Positions 8,605 to 17,576 of a stretch of DNA of 43,023 nucleotides are shown in pieces (position 1 is the stretch's first letter; every line of letters begins with the position of its first letter). Location of the stretch: the UHGV virus genome UHGV-0853564; one strand, written 5' to 3'. The translations under genes and the position numbers were made by a program. The notes under the pieces are model-generated. The model was given only the letters and a program-made list of their open reading frames with translations. It had not been told where the DNA came from and ran no database searches. Source of the DNA: a virus.

Positions 8605-8946
8605 TTAAGACACAGTTGCTACGGTGCTGCTGGAGATAATATTACCATACGCATCGTGAACAACCACTTTATACGTGCCAGAATCAGCGGTAGTGGTTGA
8701 CGCTTTAGCGTAGGTAGCAGCGTTGGCTCCCGCGATGGCGTTGTTATTCTTGTACCACTGGTAAGAATATGGCTCCAGACCACCAGCTACCGTTACGGTC
8801 AGCGTCATAGTTTCACTTGCGGTTACTGCGGTAGTAGCGTTAAGTGCCGTAGAGAAAGACGCAGGAGAAATAGTCGCCATGTCAATCTTAGCACCCGGGG
8901 CGTCAGCGGAGACGCCGGTGATGCGTCGCTTCAATACGTCTGCCAT
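8605..8946 (-). CDS. Ig-like domain protein (possible head decoration protein)
   Basis: 113 aa; YSYQWYKNN...SGTYKVVVHDAYGN resembles Ig-like (I-set/Big) domains; directly downstream of capsid gene. Confidence 0.5.
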   Translation of the reverse strand: MADVLKRRITGVSADAPGAKIDMATISPASFSTALNATTAVTASETMTLTVTVAGGLEPYSYQWYKNNNAIAGANAATYAKASTTTADSGTYKVVVHDAYGNIISSSTVATVS

Positions 8947-8971
8947 TTAGGAATCCTCTTAGTAAATGAAA

Positions 8972-8991
8972 AGAGGGACCGAAGTCCCTCT
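8972..8991 (-). terminator. stem-loop AGAGGGAC-(UUCG)-GUCCCUCU after capsid gene
   Basis: Perfect 8-bp stem with UUCG tetraloop on minus transcript, between capsid and Ig-like genes. Confidence 0.4.
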
Positions 8992-9007
8992 CGATTATAG
9001 CTTAACC

Positions 9008-10057
9008 TTAAGCCCCGACACCAGTTACCAGGAAGGCAATCGGTACGTGCTTACGTTCAACCACACGGTTCCAGTTGGAGGCGTTCGCCAGGTCCTGCCA
9101 GGAAGCAGAACGTGCGACAGTCTCGGTGCCGTTGCCGGTGATTACCGCGCTGGTGAAGCTGTAGCCCAACGGATGCAACAGCCAGGTCTTACGGGTCCAC
9201 AGAGTTTCAACACCACCACCGTTGCCGCGGGACGCTTCGCGTTCATATTCCAGCGGGTTGGACGGAGAACCTTCACCGTAACCGATAGCGCCGTTTCCGA
9301 AGATGATGGAGATGAACTTACGACCACCGCCAGTACCAACTACGGTCATGCTGTCGTCAACAATCACACGGTAGCCCTGGTAGGTGGCGAACATGGTGTT
9401 GTTGTCAGCATCACGGATGTAGTCGATAAGCTGCTGCTTACGTGCCTGCGCATAAACAAAGCTGTGCATCGCGATAGCGCCCAGCACTTCACCGCCGTTA
9501 CCCATCAGAGCATCACCCATAGTCTGGGTAGCGTCAATGAATGCGCCGGAATCGAAGCCAAGAGTGGCGGACACGTCGATAACCATGTCGTTCTGCTCGT
9601 GGTAAGCATCGGTAGCAGCTACGTTGTCGTTGTACAGACCGAGCGCGGTGGCAATCAGACGGCGTTGTGCCTGACGTTGCCAGAAGTTATCCAGACGGGA
9701 CGCTACGGATTGCAGCGGATTCTGGCTGGTCAGTTCGACAGTCAAATCCGCCTGACCAAAACCTTCGTTCAGGTAGGCAACACGGGCCATCATCTCGCCG
9801 GTTTGCACGTTACGCGGGGTAGCGATGTCCTGATACACATCGTTCGAGCAGTTTGGCTCGATAGACGTATCAATCGCTTTCCAGAAAGGAATATTAGCGA
9901 CATTGGACGGACCGCGAGCAATCTCAGCGGCGTACGGAGTCGGGGTCAGAATACCGGACTGGAAGAACGCGGTTTTTTCTACCGGGTCCTCTGTCATATA
10001 AGACGCCAGGACCGGGATGTTGCCAGTTACGATATCGCCGATAGTGGTAATTGCCAT
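9008..10057 (-). CDS. major capsid protein
   Basis: 349-aa ORF immediately downstream of scaffold-like gene and followed by hairpin; size and synteny typical of HK97-fold capsid gene. Confidence 0.7.
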   Translation of the reverse strand: MAITTIGDIVTGNIPVLASYMTEDPVEKTAFFQSGILTPTPYAAEIARGPSNVANIPFWKAIDTSIEPNCSNDVYQDIATPRNVQTGEMMARVAYLNEGFGQADLTVELTSQNPLQSVASRLDNFWQRQAQRRLIATALGLYNDNVAATDAYHEQNDMVIDVSATLGFDSGAFIDATQTMGDALMGNGGEVLGAIAMHSFVYAQARKQQLIDYIRDADNNTMFATYQGYRVIVDDSMTVVGTGGGRKFISIIFGNGAIGYGEGSPSNPLEYEREASRGNGGGVETLWTRKTWLLHPLGYSFTSAVITGNGTETVARSASWQDLANASNWNRVVERKHVPIAFLVTGVGA

Positions 10058-10059
10058 TA

Positions 10060-10761
10060 TTATTTCCTCAGGGCTTTAAGTTGCCGTTCAAATTCGGCAG
10101 GGTTCGATTTATACAGAGCTAAACGCTCCGCTTCACTCATGTCTTTAAACGCTGGTGCGGCCCCGCCGCCTTTGCCACCGGAAGCCCCGCCGCCGGAAGC
10201 TGCATTTGCTTTAATCAAATGCGAAAACGCTTTATGTTCGCGCAGGTATTTGCGGAACTGTTCAGGGTCAGTCGTGATTACGTTGCCATCTGCGCCGACA
10301 AACTTAGTAACCACGTCATCACCTTCAAACTCAGTCTTAACGAACGGTGCAAGGATTTCCACTGCTTCCGGGGTGATAAAGTCACCAGCGAAAGAGCCTA
10401 ACACCGCTTTACGTTCGCTGCCGAGGATGCGCTCTGCCATTCTGGAGATGCGACCATCTTTCTCGGCTAGCACCGGGTCATACTGGCTACGAATCGTCTT
10501 TTCGAACTCGTCCATCTTACCGGCGGCTTTTAACGCCTCCTGGTGTGCGCGCTGCCGTTCTTCTTCGGCCTCTTTTGCTTTGCGAGCGGCTTCTTTCTTC
10601 TCCGCGAGCAATGCTTCCTGATTGGCCTTAAGCCCGGCAACCTCTTTCTCAATCAGCGCCTGAACTTCTTCAGCGGTGAACATTTTCGGCGCGTCACCGC
10701 CACCGGTTTTATCTTCTGCCCCAGCTTCTTCCTGGAACGGATAACGTAAAAAACGATTCAT
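10060..10761 (-). CDS. scaffolding protein
   Basis: Highly charged, alpha-helical, E/K/A-rich (EKKEAARKAKEAEEERQRAHQEALKAAGK); ATG at 10761..10759 with AGGGGA RBS preferred over track start 10815. Confidence 0.6.
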   Translation of the reverse strand: MNRFLRYPFQEEAGAEDKTGGGDAPKMFTAEEVQALIEKEVAGLKANQEALLAEKKEAARKAKEAEEERQRAHQEALKAAGKMDEFEKTIRSQYDPVLAEKDGRISRMAERILGSERKAVLGSFAGDFITPEAVEILAPFVKTEFEGDDVVTKFVGADGNVITTDPEQFRKYLREHKAFSHLIKANAASGGGASGGKGGGAAPAFKDMSEAERLALYKSNPAEFERQLKALRK

Positions 10762-10841
10762 AGTCAGTATGTCCCCTGGACGTTGGAATCCGGGCCACCC
10801 GGATTTACATGTCAAGAATAAATTATTCCAACATGCAAGGC

Positions 10842-10858
10842 AACTATTCCAGAATATT
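10842..10858. promoter_or_regulatory. imperfect dyad AACTATTCC-AGAATATT, next to TTATTCCAACAT (10823..10834)
   Basis: Shares ACTATTC half-site with promoter elements; both motifs recur at 11591..11617. Confidence 0.35.
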
Positions 10859-11107
10859 CCTCACGTAATCCTGCAACATGAACACTTTCAGTCTCAGTTG
10901 CCGTACACATTCGGCGTTCCGGACGTCAATAGCTAAATCCTCGTCCGCGTCACTACTTGGTGGCGCCAGTTTGCACGGCGGCTGCATCATCGTCGTATCC
11001 GGGGATGGAATTGGCGTTTGCGACGGCGCGGGACTTGAGCAGGACGCGAGCATCGTCGAAAGTGCACACGCTGCGGCCAGGCGTTTTAATGTACTTAACG
11101 ACTTCAC
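10844..11107 (-). CDS. putative o-spanin (Rz1-like lipoprotein), overlapped with i-spanin gene
   Basis: Signal peptide with lipobox L-A-S-C followed by Pro-rich mature region; starts inside the 10953..11339 ORF in another frame. Confidence 0.5.
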   Translation of the reverse strand: MKSLSTLKRLAAACALSTMLASCSSPAPSQTPIPSPDTTMMQPPCKLAPPSSDADEDLAIDVRNAECVRQLRLKVFMLQDYVRNILE

Positions 11108-11339
11108 GGGTAATCACCTCTGATTTCGTCTTGCCTTCGTTGTCAGCGGCGGCGGCCTTTGATTCGTCCTGCTGCTGCCGTTGGGTTTTCTTCGCCAACT
11201 CCGCCTGTGCTTTCTGCTGTTGCTGCGAAACGAGATTAGCCCGGCCTTCGTTCCAGCCGGCGCGGTATTGATAGTAGCCGTGTGCATATAACAGGATGAT
11301 GAAACATGCTCCCGCTACGACAGTTGCTTTAAGATTCAT
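10953..11339 (-). CDS. putative i-spanin (Rz-like)
   Basis: N-terminal TM segment then Q/A/K-rich helical periplasmic region; contains the lipoprotein ORF in +1 frame. Confidence 0.5.
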   Translation of the reverse strand: MNLKATVVAGACFIILLYAHGYYQYRAGWNEGRANLVSQQQQKAQAELAKKTQRQQQDESKAAAADNEGKTKSEVITREVVKYIKTPGRSVCTFDDARVLLKSRAVANANSIPGYDDDAAAVQTGATK

Positions 11340-11363
11340 GTTTCCCCTTTCTCGATAAGTAAA

Positions 11364-11383
11364 GCCCCGCCTTAAAGCGGGGC
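11364..11383 (-). terminator. stem-loop GCCCCGC-N6-GCGGGGC followed by T-rich tract on minus strand
   Basis: Perfect 7-bp GC stem, immediately upstream of the i-spanin start. Confidence 0.4.
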
Positions 11384-11590
11384 GCTAGTCCTTATCATTT
11401 AAACATAGAAACGGCGTAATCTCTGCAAACCAGTTACTTTTTACACAAGCAATAGAGTATGGCCCTTCCGAACGCGTCAGCGTAACTACACTCAGGACTT
11501 ACGTCCCGCTCCGTTACCTGCCCGCGCCGCGGTCGCTTGTTCATACTTCACAAGCTCAGGTGGAGCTTAGCACATTTTCAGTGAAAAGTC

Positions 11591-11606
11591 AACTATTCGA
11601 ATAGTT
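11591..11606. promoter_or_regulatory. perfect 16-bp palindrome AACTATTCGAATAGTT (operator-like)
   Basis: Contains both orientations of the GAATAGT half-site; followed by TTATTCCAACAT (11606..11617). Confidence 0.45.
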
Positions 11607-11658
11607 TATTCCAACATTTACAAATGAGTGGAATAACTGGAATACATAAACAAATAGT

Positions 11659-11690
11659 TTGCGCACCCCAATATAATAGGGTACTATTCA
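11659..11690 (+). promoter_or_regulatory. promoter-like element TTGCGC-N17-TACTAT (copy of 2703..2734)
   Basis: ttgcgcaccccaatataatagggtactattca, ~24 nt upstream of ATG 11714. Confidence 0.5.
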
Positions 11691-11713
11691 GTTAACTTAA
11701 ACAGGAGGTATTT

Positions 11714-11938
11714 ATGCCGATTAGATTTACAAATCAAAAGAAGTCTAGAGATGTACGCCCCGGAGAAAAGGTGCAGGTATTTGACGAGTGGTACTGGGTT
11801 CGTTACATAGATTATCTTGGTGGTAAAAAGCTAAATTTACGTTTGCAGCACGAAAATGAGCCTCTTAGCCCGTTCTATGAAAACGATAAAATAGTCATAA
11901 CCATGCCCGATGATTTGGTGATAGACGTGGAAGTTTAA
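11714..11938 (+). CDS. hypothetical 74-aa protein, moron gene
   Basis: AGGAGG RBS; own promoter-like element and terminator; opposite strand to flanking structural genes; AT-rich. Confidence 0.55.
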   Translation: MPIRFTNQKKSRDVRPGEKVQVFDEWYWVRYIDYLGGKKLNLRLQHENEPLSPFYENDKIVITMPDDLVIDVEV

Positions 11939-11944
11939 AACTAA

Positions 11945-11965
11945 AGCCCCGTAATGGGGCTTTTT
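11945..11965. terminator. rho-independent terminator AGCCCC-GTAAT-GGGGCT + T5
   Basis: Hairpin followed by TTTTT on plus strand; lies between convergent genes. Confidence 0.65.
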
Positions 11966-11966
11966 A

Positions 11967-12428
11967 TCATTCCGGCTTAGTAACCTTCGCCGCTTTACTA
12001 ACGGCCTCTACGCCATCGGCATCGGCGACTTTAACGAAGTATTCACCAACTGCGTTAACAGTCAGAGACAAAGCCTCTTCAGGTGCGTTTACAACTTCCT
12101 TACCGTCTTTGTACCAGGTCAGCGCATACGGCGCTTTACCGGCCTTAACTTCGACAGTGATAGTTGCACTGCCATCGGTCAGTTCGGCGTCTTTCGGTTG
12201 CACGGAGAAGTACACATCACCAGCGTCCGCCAGATACGGAATCTCATAGAGCATACCGGCGGCGGGCAACGCAATACCGGTTTTATCTGCAAACGGCATA
12301 TCATCTACAGGCGTACCAAGTACACTTTCATCTTCAATAAACACCACGTTCTCGCCGGAGCCAGACACGCGGGCGTACTGAACTACGCGACGCGACGGCA
12401 CATCAGTTACTTTGAAAAAGCCCATCAT
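11967..12428 (-). CDS. Ig-like domain-containing virion protein
   Basis: 153 aa; C-terminal TITVEVKAGKAPYALTWYKDGKEV resembles Ig-like fold. Confidence 0.45.
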   Translation of the reverse strand: MMGFFKVTDVPSRRVVQYARVSGSGENVVFIEDESVLGTPVDDMPFADKTGIALPAAGMLYEIPYLADAGDVYFSVQPKDAELTDGSATITVEVKAGKAPYALTWYKDGKEVVNAPEEALSLTVNAVGEYFVKVADADGVEAVSKAAKVTKPE

Positions 12429-13504
12429 TATTCCCCTTTCAGATAATCAGCAACACGTTTATCGAGTTCCGCCATCTGTTTAAGCGTGAGCGGATTCCCG
12501 AAACCATCTACAGATATTACGCGAAACTCTTCCGGCGATATACCGCTGTTACGGAAAATCTTACCCCGCACCGGGCCGAGCGCCTGGTCCTGAAACCACG
12601 CCGGTTGTTGTTTCAGGAACTCGTAGTAAGTAGTGTCTGCGCTCACCTGAGTACCGCCGTCCGCACCCTTAGCCGCTCGTTTCGCGCCTTTATCGAGGAA
12701 GTCGAACTCTGAGCTGATTACCGGAGCCGTGGTACTTCGACAGCCAAAATGGGCCGGTGGCATCGGACCTTTTCCAATTTCCCACGTCATTCCGTCTCTG
12801 GCTCTGCAAATTGTACTGGTGCGGCTGTCCAGCGTTGACACCCACTCGTACTTCTCGATGATGTCGTCGTTCTGGCGGTACGTCTCATTGCGGGCTTCAT
12901 TGGATACGTGGGACAGCGCGGTGCGGATTACCGTCGCAGCGTTACGCTCAGAGATGTCCGCCAGCCCACCGGAGCCTACGACATTCTTAACAATCTGCCG
13001 TGTGGTTTGGCCTTGTACGAAACCCATCTTAACGCCAGTCACCAGGCGCGCGACTTCTGTTTCACCCCAGCCATCCATCAGCTTAGTGAAATCGACGGGC
13101 TTGTCACTTAACGATATTGGTTGAAACTCCGCAGCAGCCCATACCTGTTCAGCGGTAGGTGTAACAAATTCAGCGTTAACGTTAGCCGTCAGCGTCTTTA
13201 CGTTCCACTCAGCCTCATATGCCGCCAGTTCCTTAAGGTCTTCTGTCAGCTTTGTTTGCCAGTCAACTGTAAGTCCCGCCAGTGCTTCTTCAAGGTCGCG
13301 TAACAGTTTATTCAGTCGGGCGGTGCTGCGGCCATCATCGCCGAATAACAGCACCTGCCGTTTGATTTCGTCCCGCATTTCCTTAATAAACGGTGTGAGG
13401 TCTTTCACCTCACCGGATGCGGTTCGTTGCAGCCATATCTGGTGGCTGATTAGGGATGTAAGTAAGCTCATAGATAAACCCTGTGGCGCTAAAGTTAATA
13501 GCAT
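12428..13504 (-). CDS. head morphogenesis protein (Mu F / SPP1 gp7-like minor head protein)
   Basis: Motif WVSTLDSRTSTICRARDG...PPAHFGCRST characteristic of Mu-F-like proteins; immediately downstream of portal gene. Confidence 0.7.
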   Translation of the reverse strand: MLLTLAPQGLSMSLLTSLISHQIWLQRTASGEVKDLTPFIKEMRDEIKRQVLLFGDDGRSTARLNKLLRDLEEALAGLTVDWQTKLTEDLKELAAYEAEWNVKTLTANVNAEFVTPTAEQVWAAAEFQPISLSDKPVDFTKLMDGWGETEVARLVTGVKMGFVQGQTTRQIVKNVVGSGGLADISERNAATVIRTALSHVSNEARNETYRQNDDIIEKYEWVSTLDSRTSTICRARDGMTWEIGKGPMPPAHFGCRSTTAPVISSEFDFLDKGAKRAAKGADGGTQVSADTTYYEFLKQQPAWFQDQALGPVRGKIFRNSGISPEEFRVISVDGFGNPLTLKQMAELDKRVADYLKGE

Positions 13505-13514
13505 ACTATAAGAA

Positions 13515-13530
13515 AGCCCCTTTCGGGGCT
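13515..13530 (-). terminator. intergenic stem-loop (GNRA loop on minus transcript) between portal and head morphogenesis genes
   Basis: agcccc-tttc-ggggct on plus strand. Confidence 0.3.
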
Positions 13531-13540
13531 ATAGGTGAAC

Positions 13541-15022
13541 TTACTGCTGAGTTGGGTCTTGCTGCTGTGCCGACTGCGGGATTTCGCCTGCTACCGGAGC
13601 AACAGCACCCAACGGCAGCGGCGCGTCTTCGATAGCGTTCTGAATGTCCTCGTCTGTCCAGTCAGTTACGCCGGCCTTACGCAACGCAGCATAATAAGCG
13701 GTGGCAGGTAGCAGGCCTGCGTTAATATCCGCCATCCACTGAGCGCGGTCCTGAGCGGTCATCGGTTGCAGGAAGAACTCCATGTTCAGTTTGAACTCAA
13801 TCTCTGTGCCTTCACGCAGCCCAAGCATCGCCGCCGCCCAGCGCAACGAATCGGTGTACGCCATGCTTACGTTACGTGCAATTGTCGCCATAACGGACGT
13901 ATCGGCACCACGTTGCAGGCGGGCCGATTCTGCGGTGATTTGCTGCGTCGGGGTGATAAGCTGCGCACCAATCTGGATTGCCTGATTCTCTTTATCCAGC
14001 ATATTCTGCTTGGCAAGGTTGTTCTCTCCTGCCTGAACCAGAAACGCGTTTCCGCCGTACCCGATGTTATGGCCTGAACGCGACCCCATGCGAACGCCGT
14101 GCGGGTTAGCCTCTTTCCACTGTTCCATGCTCATATTCTCGCCAGGAGCAATGAACAGAGTTGGCTGGCCTACAACGAAGCTGGACTCCTCATTGTCTGC
14201 GCTGTTGCGGAAATGCCCGATATTAAGCTCAGCCAACGGTAGCAAAGGTGCATCGTCGATAGTAGCGTCGTTGTTGCTCGCCCCGATGAACGTGAACGGG
14301 ATTTTGCCGCGTAACTGTCCCCCGAGTTCCGGGAATATTTCGATTACTTGGTCCTGTGCACCCCCTTCGGCATCGAAGCGGTAAATGCGCTGGCGGTAGC
14401 GCCCGTCAATCAAATCAAGAACGCGGTATTGCTCACCGAACTTTGTTTCGAACTCTGCGCCCGGTTCCGAGTATTCCCATACCTCACGCAACACGACCAT
14501 AGTCACTCGGTTAACTGAGCCAACGCGAGTCAATCGCCAGTTGATGATGTTCTCTGCGGTATAGAATGCGATGACCGGGTTTAATAATCCCGCGTTCTGT
14601 TCGGCTGCCGTTGCCGCAGCAGTCTCCGGGGCATCAACCAGCAACCCGCCACGGCCAACCGAGTCAATTTCCATTAGCGTATCCTGCGCGTGCTGCCACA
14701 GCCCGACACCGGAACCGTCGGCGTTGCGTAACAGGTACTCCAGTTCAGGCGGGATAATCTGCTCGGGGTCTTTGCGCATGACACTGCCGACCATTCCCGC
14801 CAGGGTACGTTTTGTGAAGTTGTAGCAGATAGCGCCGTTCTCGTATTCTTCCTGGCGCTGGGCCGCGTAGGTCGGGTCAGGCTCGTTCTTCCCGACGTTG
14901 CGCAGGTAACGGATGAGGTCGCCTTCCAGAGCGTGTCGCACCTTCTGCCATTTATCGAAGTGATGCAGCCATTCCCGGTGTTTTGTCTTAACACCCTGAT
15001 TCTGACCGTTCATAGTTAACAT
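13541..15022 (-). CDS. portal protein
   Basis: 493-aa ORF directly downstream of large terminase and upstream of Mu-F-like gene; acidic C-terminus. Confidence 0.7.
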   Translation of the reverse strand: MLTMNGQNQGVKTKHREWLHHFDKWQKVRHALEGDLIRYLRNVGKNEPDPTYAAQRQEEYENGAICYNFTKRTLAGMVGSVMRKDPEQIIPPELEYLLRNADGSGVGLWQHAQDTLMEIDSVGRGGLLVDAPETAAATAAEQNAGLLNPVIAFYTAENIINWRLTRVGSVNRVTMVVLREVWEYSEPGAEFETKFGEQYRVLDLIDGRYRQRIYRFDAEGGAQDQVIEIFPELGGQLRGKIPFTFIGASNNDATIDDAPLLPLAELNIGHFRNSADNEESSFVVGQPTLFIAPGENMSMEQWKEANPHGVRMGSRSGHNIGYGGNAFLVQAGENNLAKQNMLDKENQAIQIGAQLITPTQQITAESARLQRGADTSVMATIARNVSMAYTDSLRWAAAMLGLREGTEIEFKLNMEFFLQPMTAQDRAQWMADINAGLLPATAYYAALRKAGVTDWTDEDIQNAIEDAPLPLGAVAPVAGEIPQSAQQQDPTQQ

Positions 15023-15034
15023 TGAATAATCCTC

Positions 15035-16306
15035 TTAAAGTGCGAAAGTCACCGGGACGTTAATAACTGGTTTGCGAATCGGCATTTCATACGCGATAGG
15101 GTATGTGGTTCCATCATTCTGGTGGTCCACACCACCTGATTTATCCGGTTCGCCGTTTTTGTCGTAAGCCTGTTGCTCAAGGCATCGCGCCGTAACCGGG
15201 CAAGCCTGCTCGTTAATCATGACCATACCAGATTCAAGCGCCTTGTTCATTGCTGATACGCGGTCTTTAACCGGCGGGTTTGTTGATTTGGCGCGTACTT
15301 CGAAACCAGCCTGCTGTAACTGAGCGATGTCCGAGGTGCTGGCATTATTACTTTTACGGTTTTTGCCGCTGGCGTCCGGGTACATAACGATATAGTGGCC
15401 TTTACTTTTCCACCTCTCAGTTATGGCTCGCACTACGTCAGGCGTATCGAACATATCAACCAACTCGGCAACAGCATGCCAGACTTTACCACGTTGCACG
15501 TAAACTGTACTCGCCATGTGACCTACGTTAAAGTCCTGCCCGATATACAGAGTCTCGCCAGGTTTGATTGTTTCGCGACTGCTGTTTTTCCTGCGGTCGT
15601 AAGCATAGTAGACCGTTCCAGCCGTGAGGTTTACGAACTCGCCGTTGATGTAGGCGTCAATCAATTGCCCCGGGTAGGTGTCGCGCAATGACTGCACATA
15701 ATCTTCTGGCAGGAACGGGTTAGACAGGGTGGACGCCTGAATCATCTCATAGCCAGGATTCTTTTTGACCACCCAGCGGTCATGTACAAAACGGAATCCT
15801 TCCGGCGTAGTGAACACGGAAACGGTATTAGCCGGTTTTGGCGTAATAGGCTTATACGTCCGCGGCAACTGGCGGTTACGGGCGATGACTTTGTTCCACG
15901 CGTGCTCGGCGTGTTCCATGTTAAGAGTGTCCAACTCGTCGATTTTTGCACGAAACGATTCGTAACCGACGATTCGTGCTGGATTATCGAGTGTACGCAG
16001 GACAAAATCACCGAATTGTCCGGATGACGTATAGATTATGTTGTCGGACTTGTTGTATTTGTACCTCACGCCCCAGTCGGTGAGTTTTTCTTCCATACGA
16101 GGTGCAAGGATAAGGCGCACCAGGTCATAAGTCGGCTCGTACATGGCGATGATAGAATCGCTACCGCCTTCCATGCTGTCGAGCAGTGCTGAGTTGCACA
16201 TAACTTCGGATTTACCGGTACCAAATCCCGCTACGAAGGCGGGGAACTTGCAGTGCATACCGAGAAACGCGCCTTGCGGTTCTGTCGCCGTGATATTAAC
16301 GTTCAC
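15035..16306 (-). CDS. terminase large subunit
   Basis: Walker A-like FVAGFGTGKSEVM near N-terminus; nuclease-type acidic motifs (IGQDFNVG, MYPDASG) C-terminally; track start is GTG. Confidence 0.8.
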   Translation of the reverse strand: MNVNITATEPQGAFLGMHCKFPAFVAGFGTGKSEVMCNSALLDSMEGGSDSIIAMYEPTYDLVRLILAPRMEEKLTDWGVRYKYNKSDNIIYTSSGQFGDFVLRTLDNPARIVGYESFRAKIDELDTLNMEHAEHAWNKVIARNRQLPRTYKPITPKPANTVSVFTTPEGFRFVHDRWVVKKNPGYEMIQASTLSNPFLPEDYVQSLRDTYPGQLIDAYINGEFVNLTAGTVYYAYDRRKNSSRETIKPGETLYIGQDFNVGHMASTVYVQRGKVWHAVAELVDMFDTPDVVRAITERWKSKGHYIVMYPDASGKNRKSNNASTSDIAQLQQAGFEVRAKSTNPPVKDRVSAMNKALESGMVMINEQACPVTARCLEQQAYDKNGEPDKSGGVDHQNDGTTYPIAYEMPIRKPVINVPVTFAL

Positions 16307-16805
16307 CGGGCACCACCTTAATTGTTACTTCACTGATTGGCTCGTCGCGTACTTCTTCGGTGGCAACAGTTTTATTCAGCCCCAGCTTAGCTGCGGCAAA
16401 CGTAGCAGAGATACCCGCGGCCCCTGTCTCGGTGAAATACGCCTCTTCCAGTGCCTGTGCTGTCTCCCAGGCTTCTGCAAATGCGGGAATCTCGCGCAGC
16501 CACAGCTTAATAATCGGGATAGTGACGCCGATGTGCAGGGCAAAGCGGGCCAGCGACGGTGGTTTGTCCTGAATCAGCGGGCGTTCGTCACCCTTAGACG
16601 TAGGCACAAGCTCCCATGACGTGCGGTCAAAGAAACGAATCAATTCGTCGCAATAGTCCGGGTCCCACAACGCGGCGGAATTACGGGATGATTGATAAAG
16701 GCTCTGTTTACCGCGCGGTCGTTTACGGCGACGGTTTGCGCTAACAGCTTCTTCATGTGCAGCTTGCACCACCTCTGGCGATGGCTGCTTGAGTTTCAGC
16801 TTCAT
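16296..16805 (-). CDS. putative terminase small subunit
   Basis: Overlaps large terminase start; internal ATG (MKLKLKQ...) with AAGGGG RBS preferred over track start 16844. Confidence 0.5.
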   Translation of the reverse strand: MKLKLKQPSPEVVQAAHEEAVSANRRRKRPRGKQSLYQSSRNSAALWDPDYCDELIRFFDRTSWELVPTSKGDERPLIQDKPPSLARFALHIGVTIPIIKLWLREIPAFAEAWETAQALEEAYFTETGAAGISATFAAAKLGLNKTVATEEVRDEPISEVTIKVVPGER

Positions 16806-16903
16806 AGAATCCCCTTGCATATGCGTCTGACCATCAGAGCGCATCAGACGCGCCCTACGCGTCTAAAGGGATTATATAAGGGGATTGGGCGGGATGTACA
16901 GAA

Positions 16904-16923
16904 AAGCCCTCAGTAGAGGGCTT
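16904..16923 (-). terminator. rho-independent terminator upstream of terminase genes
   Basis: aagccctc-agta-gagggctt hairpin followed by U-rich tract on minus transcript. Confidence 0.45.
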
Positions 16924-16932
16924 GTGGTGCGG

Positions 16933-17088
16933 TTATTCGGTTATATCTCCGCCGTCTACCAGTGCGATTGGTATTCTGACTTCACCGTTGAATGTTTCGG
17001 CATACCAGAACTTCTCGCACTGCGTTACACTGAAAACATCTAGTTCTGACGTAGCGCCTGTTTTCCAGTAGACAGTTAACTTTTTCAT
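16933..17088 (-). CDS. small hypothetical protein (51 aa)
   Basis: ATG 17088..17086 overlapping upstream stop (ATGA); below track cutoff. Confidence 0.3.
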   Translation of the reverse strand: MKKLTVYWKTGATSELDVFSVTQCEKFWYAETFNGEVRIPIALVDGGDITE

Positions 17089-17321
17089 CCCCCACTCCCC
17101 CCTTTAGCAATGCGTTGCTCTGTTTTAGTGATACCCCGGCGCGTGAATAACACCGGGCTTGTCTTAACGTGCGTCATCAGACGGTTGTTATAAATTACGT
17201 GGCGCTCGCAAGCTACGTCTTTGCTGTACTTCGCAATCGTCATTTCGTTGATGCCGGTTTGTCGGCATGTCTCGGCCATCGTGCCGTATTCTTTAATCAG
17301 GTTCGGAATGCTGGTAATCAT
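17085..17321 (-). CDS. small protein with possible HTH
   Basis: Track ORF starts at GTG 17345; internal ATG 17321 forms ATGA overlap with upstream small ORF. Confidence 0.4.
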   Translation of the reverse strand: MITSIPNLIKEYGTMAETCRQTGINEMTIAKYSKDVACERHVIYNNRLMTHVKTSPVLFTRRGITKTEQRIAKGGSGG

Positions 17322-17488
17322 CCTACGAAATTCCTCGTTGTCCACATCGCATTTGGATATTTGTTATCGCGGTCCTGCACTACAGCAATCATGTCACCGC
17401 GTTGCACCAGGCAGAAGTGCCGCTGTTGCTCGCCGTTGTAGCGGCGCCAGATTGCTTCTTCGATTGCTGAGTTAATGTCACTAAACAT
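17318..17488 (-). CDS. small hypothetical protein (56 aa)
   Basis: ATG at 17488..17486; stop overlaps next start. Confidence 0.3.
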   Translation of the reverse strand: MFSDINSAIEEAIWRRYNGEQQRHFCLVQRGDMIAVVQDRDNKYPNAMWTTRNFVG

Positions 17489-17576
17489 TAGTATCTACCC
17501 CACAGAAATCCAACCAACAGCCCGATGAAGTAGCTGAGACCCACCAGACTGATAACCACCTCGAGGTCCATACTCT

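Noticed and set aside
8966-10621. 551-aa plus-strand ORF
   Set aside because: Antisense to the major capsid and scaffold genes, which have clear RBSs, coupling and synteny; low-complexity Ala/Gly/Ser/Arg-rich translation typical of a spurious antisense frame.
16143-16619. 158-aa plus-strand ORF
   Set aside because: Antisense to the overlapping terminase small and large subunit genes.
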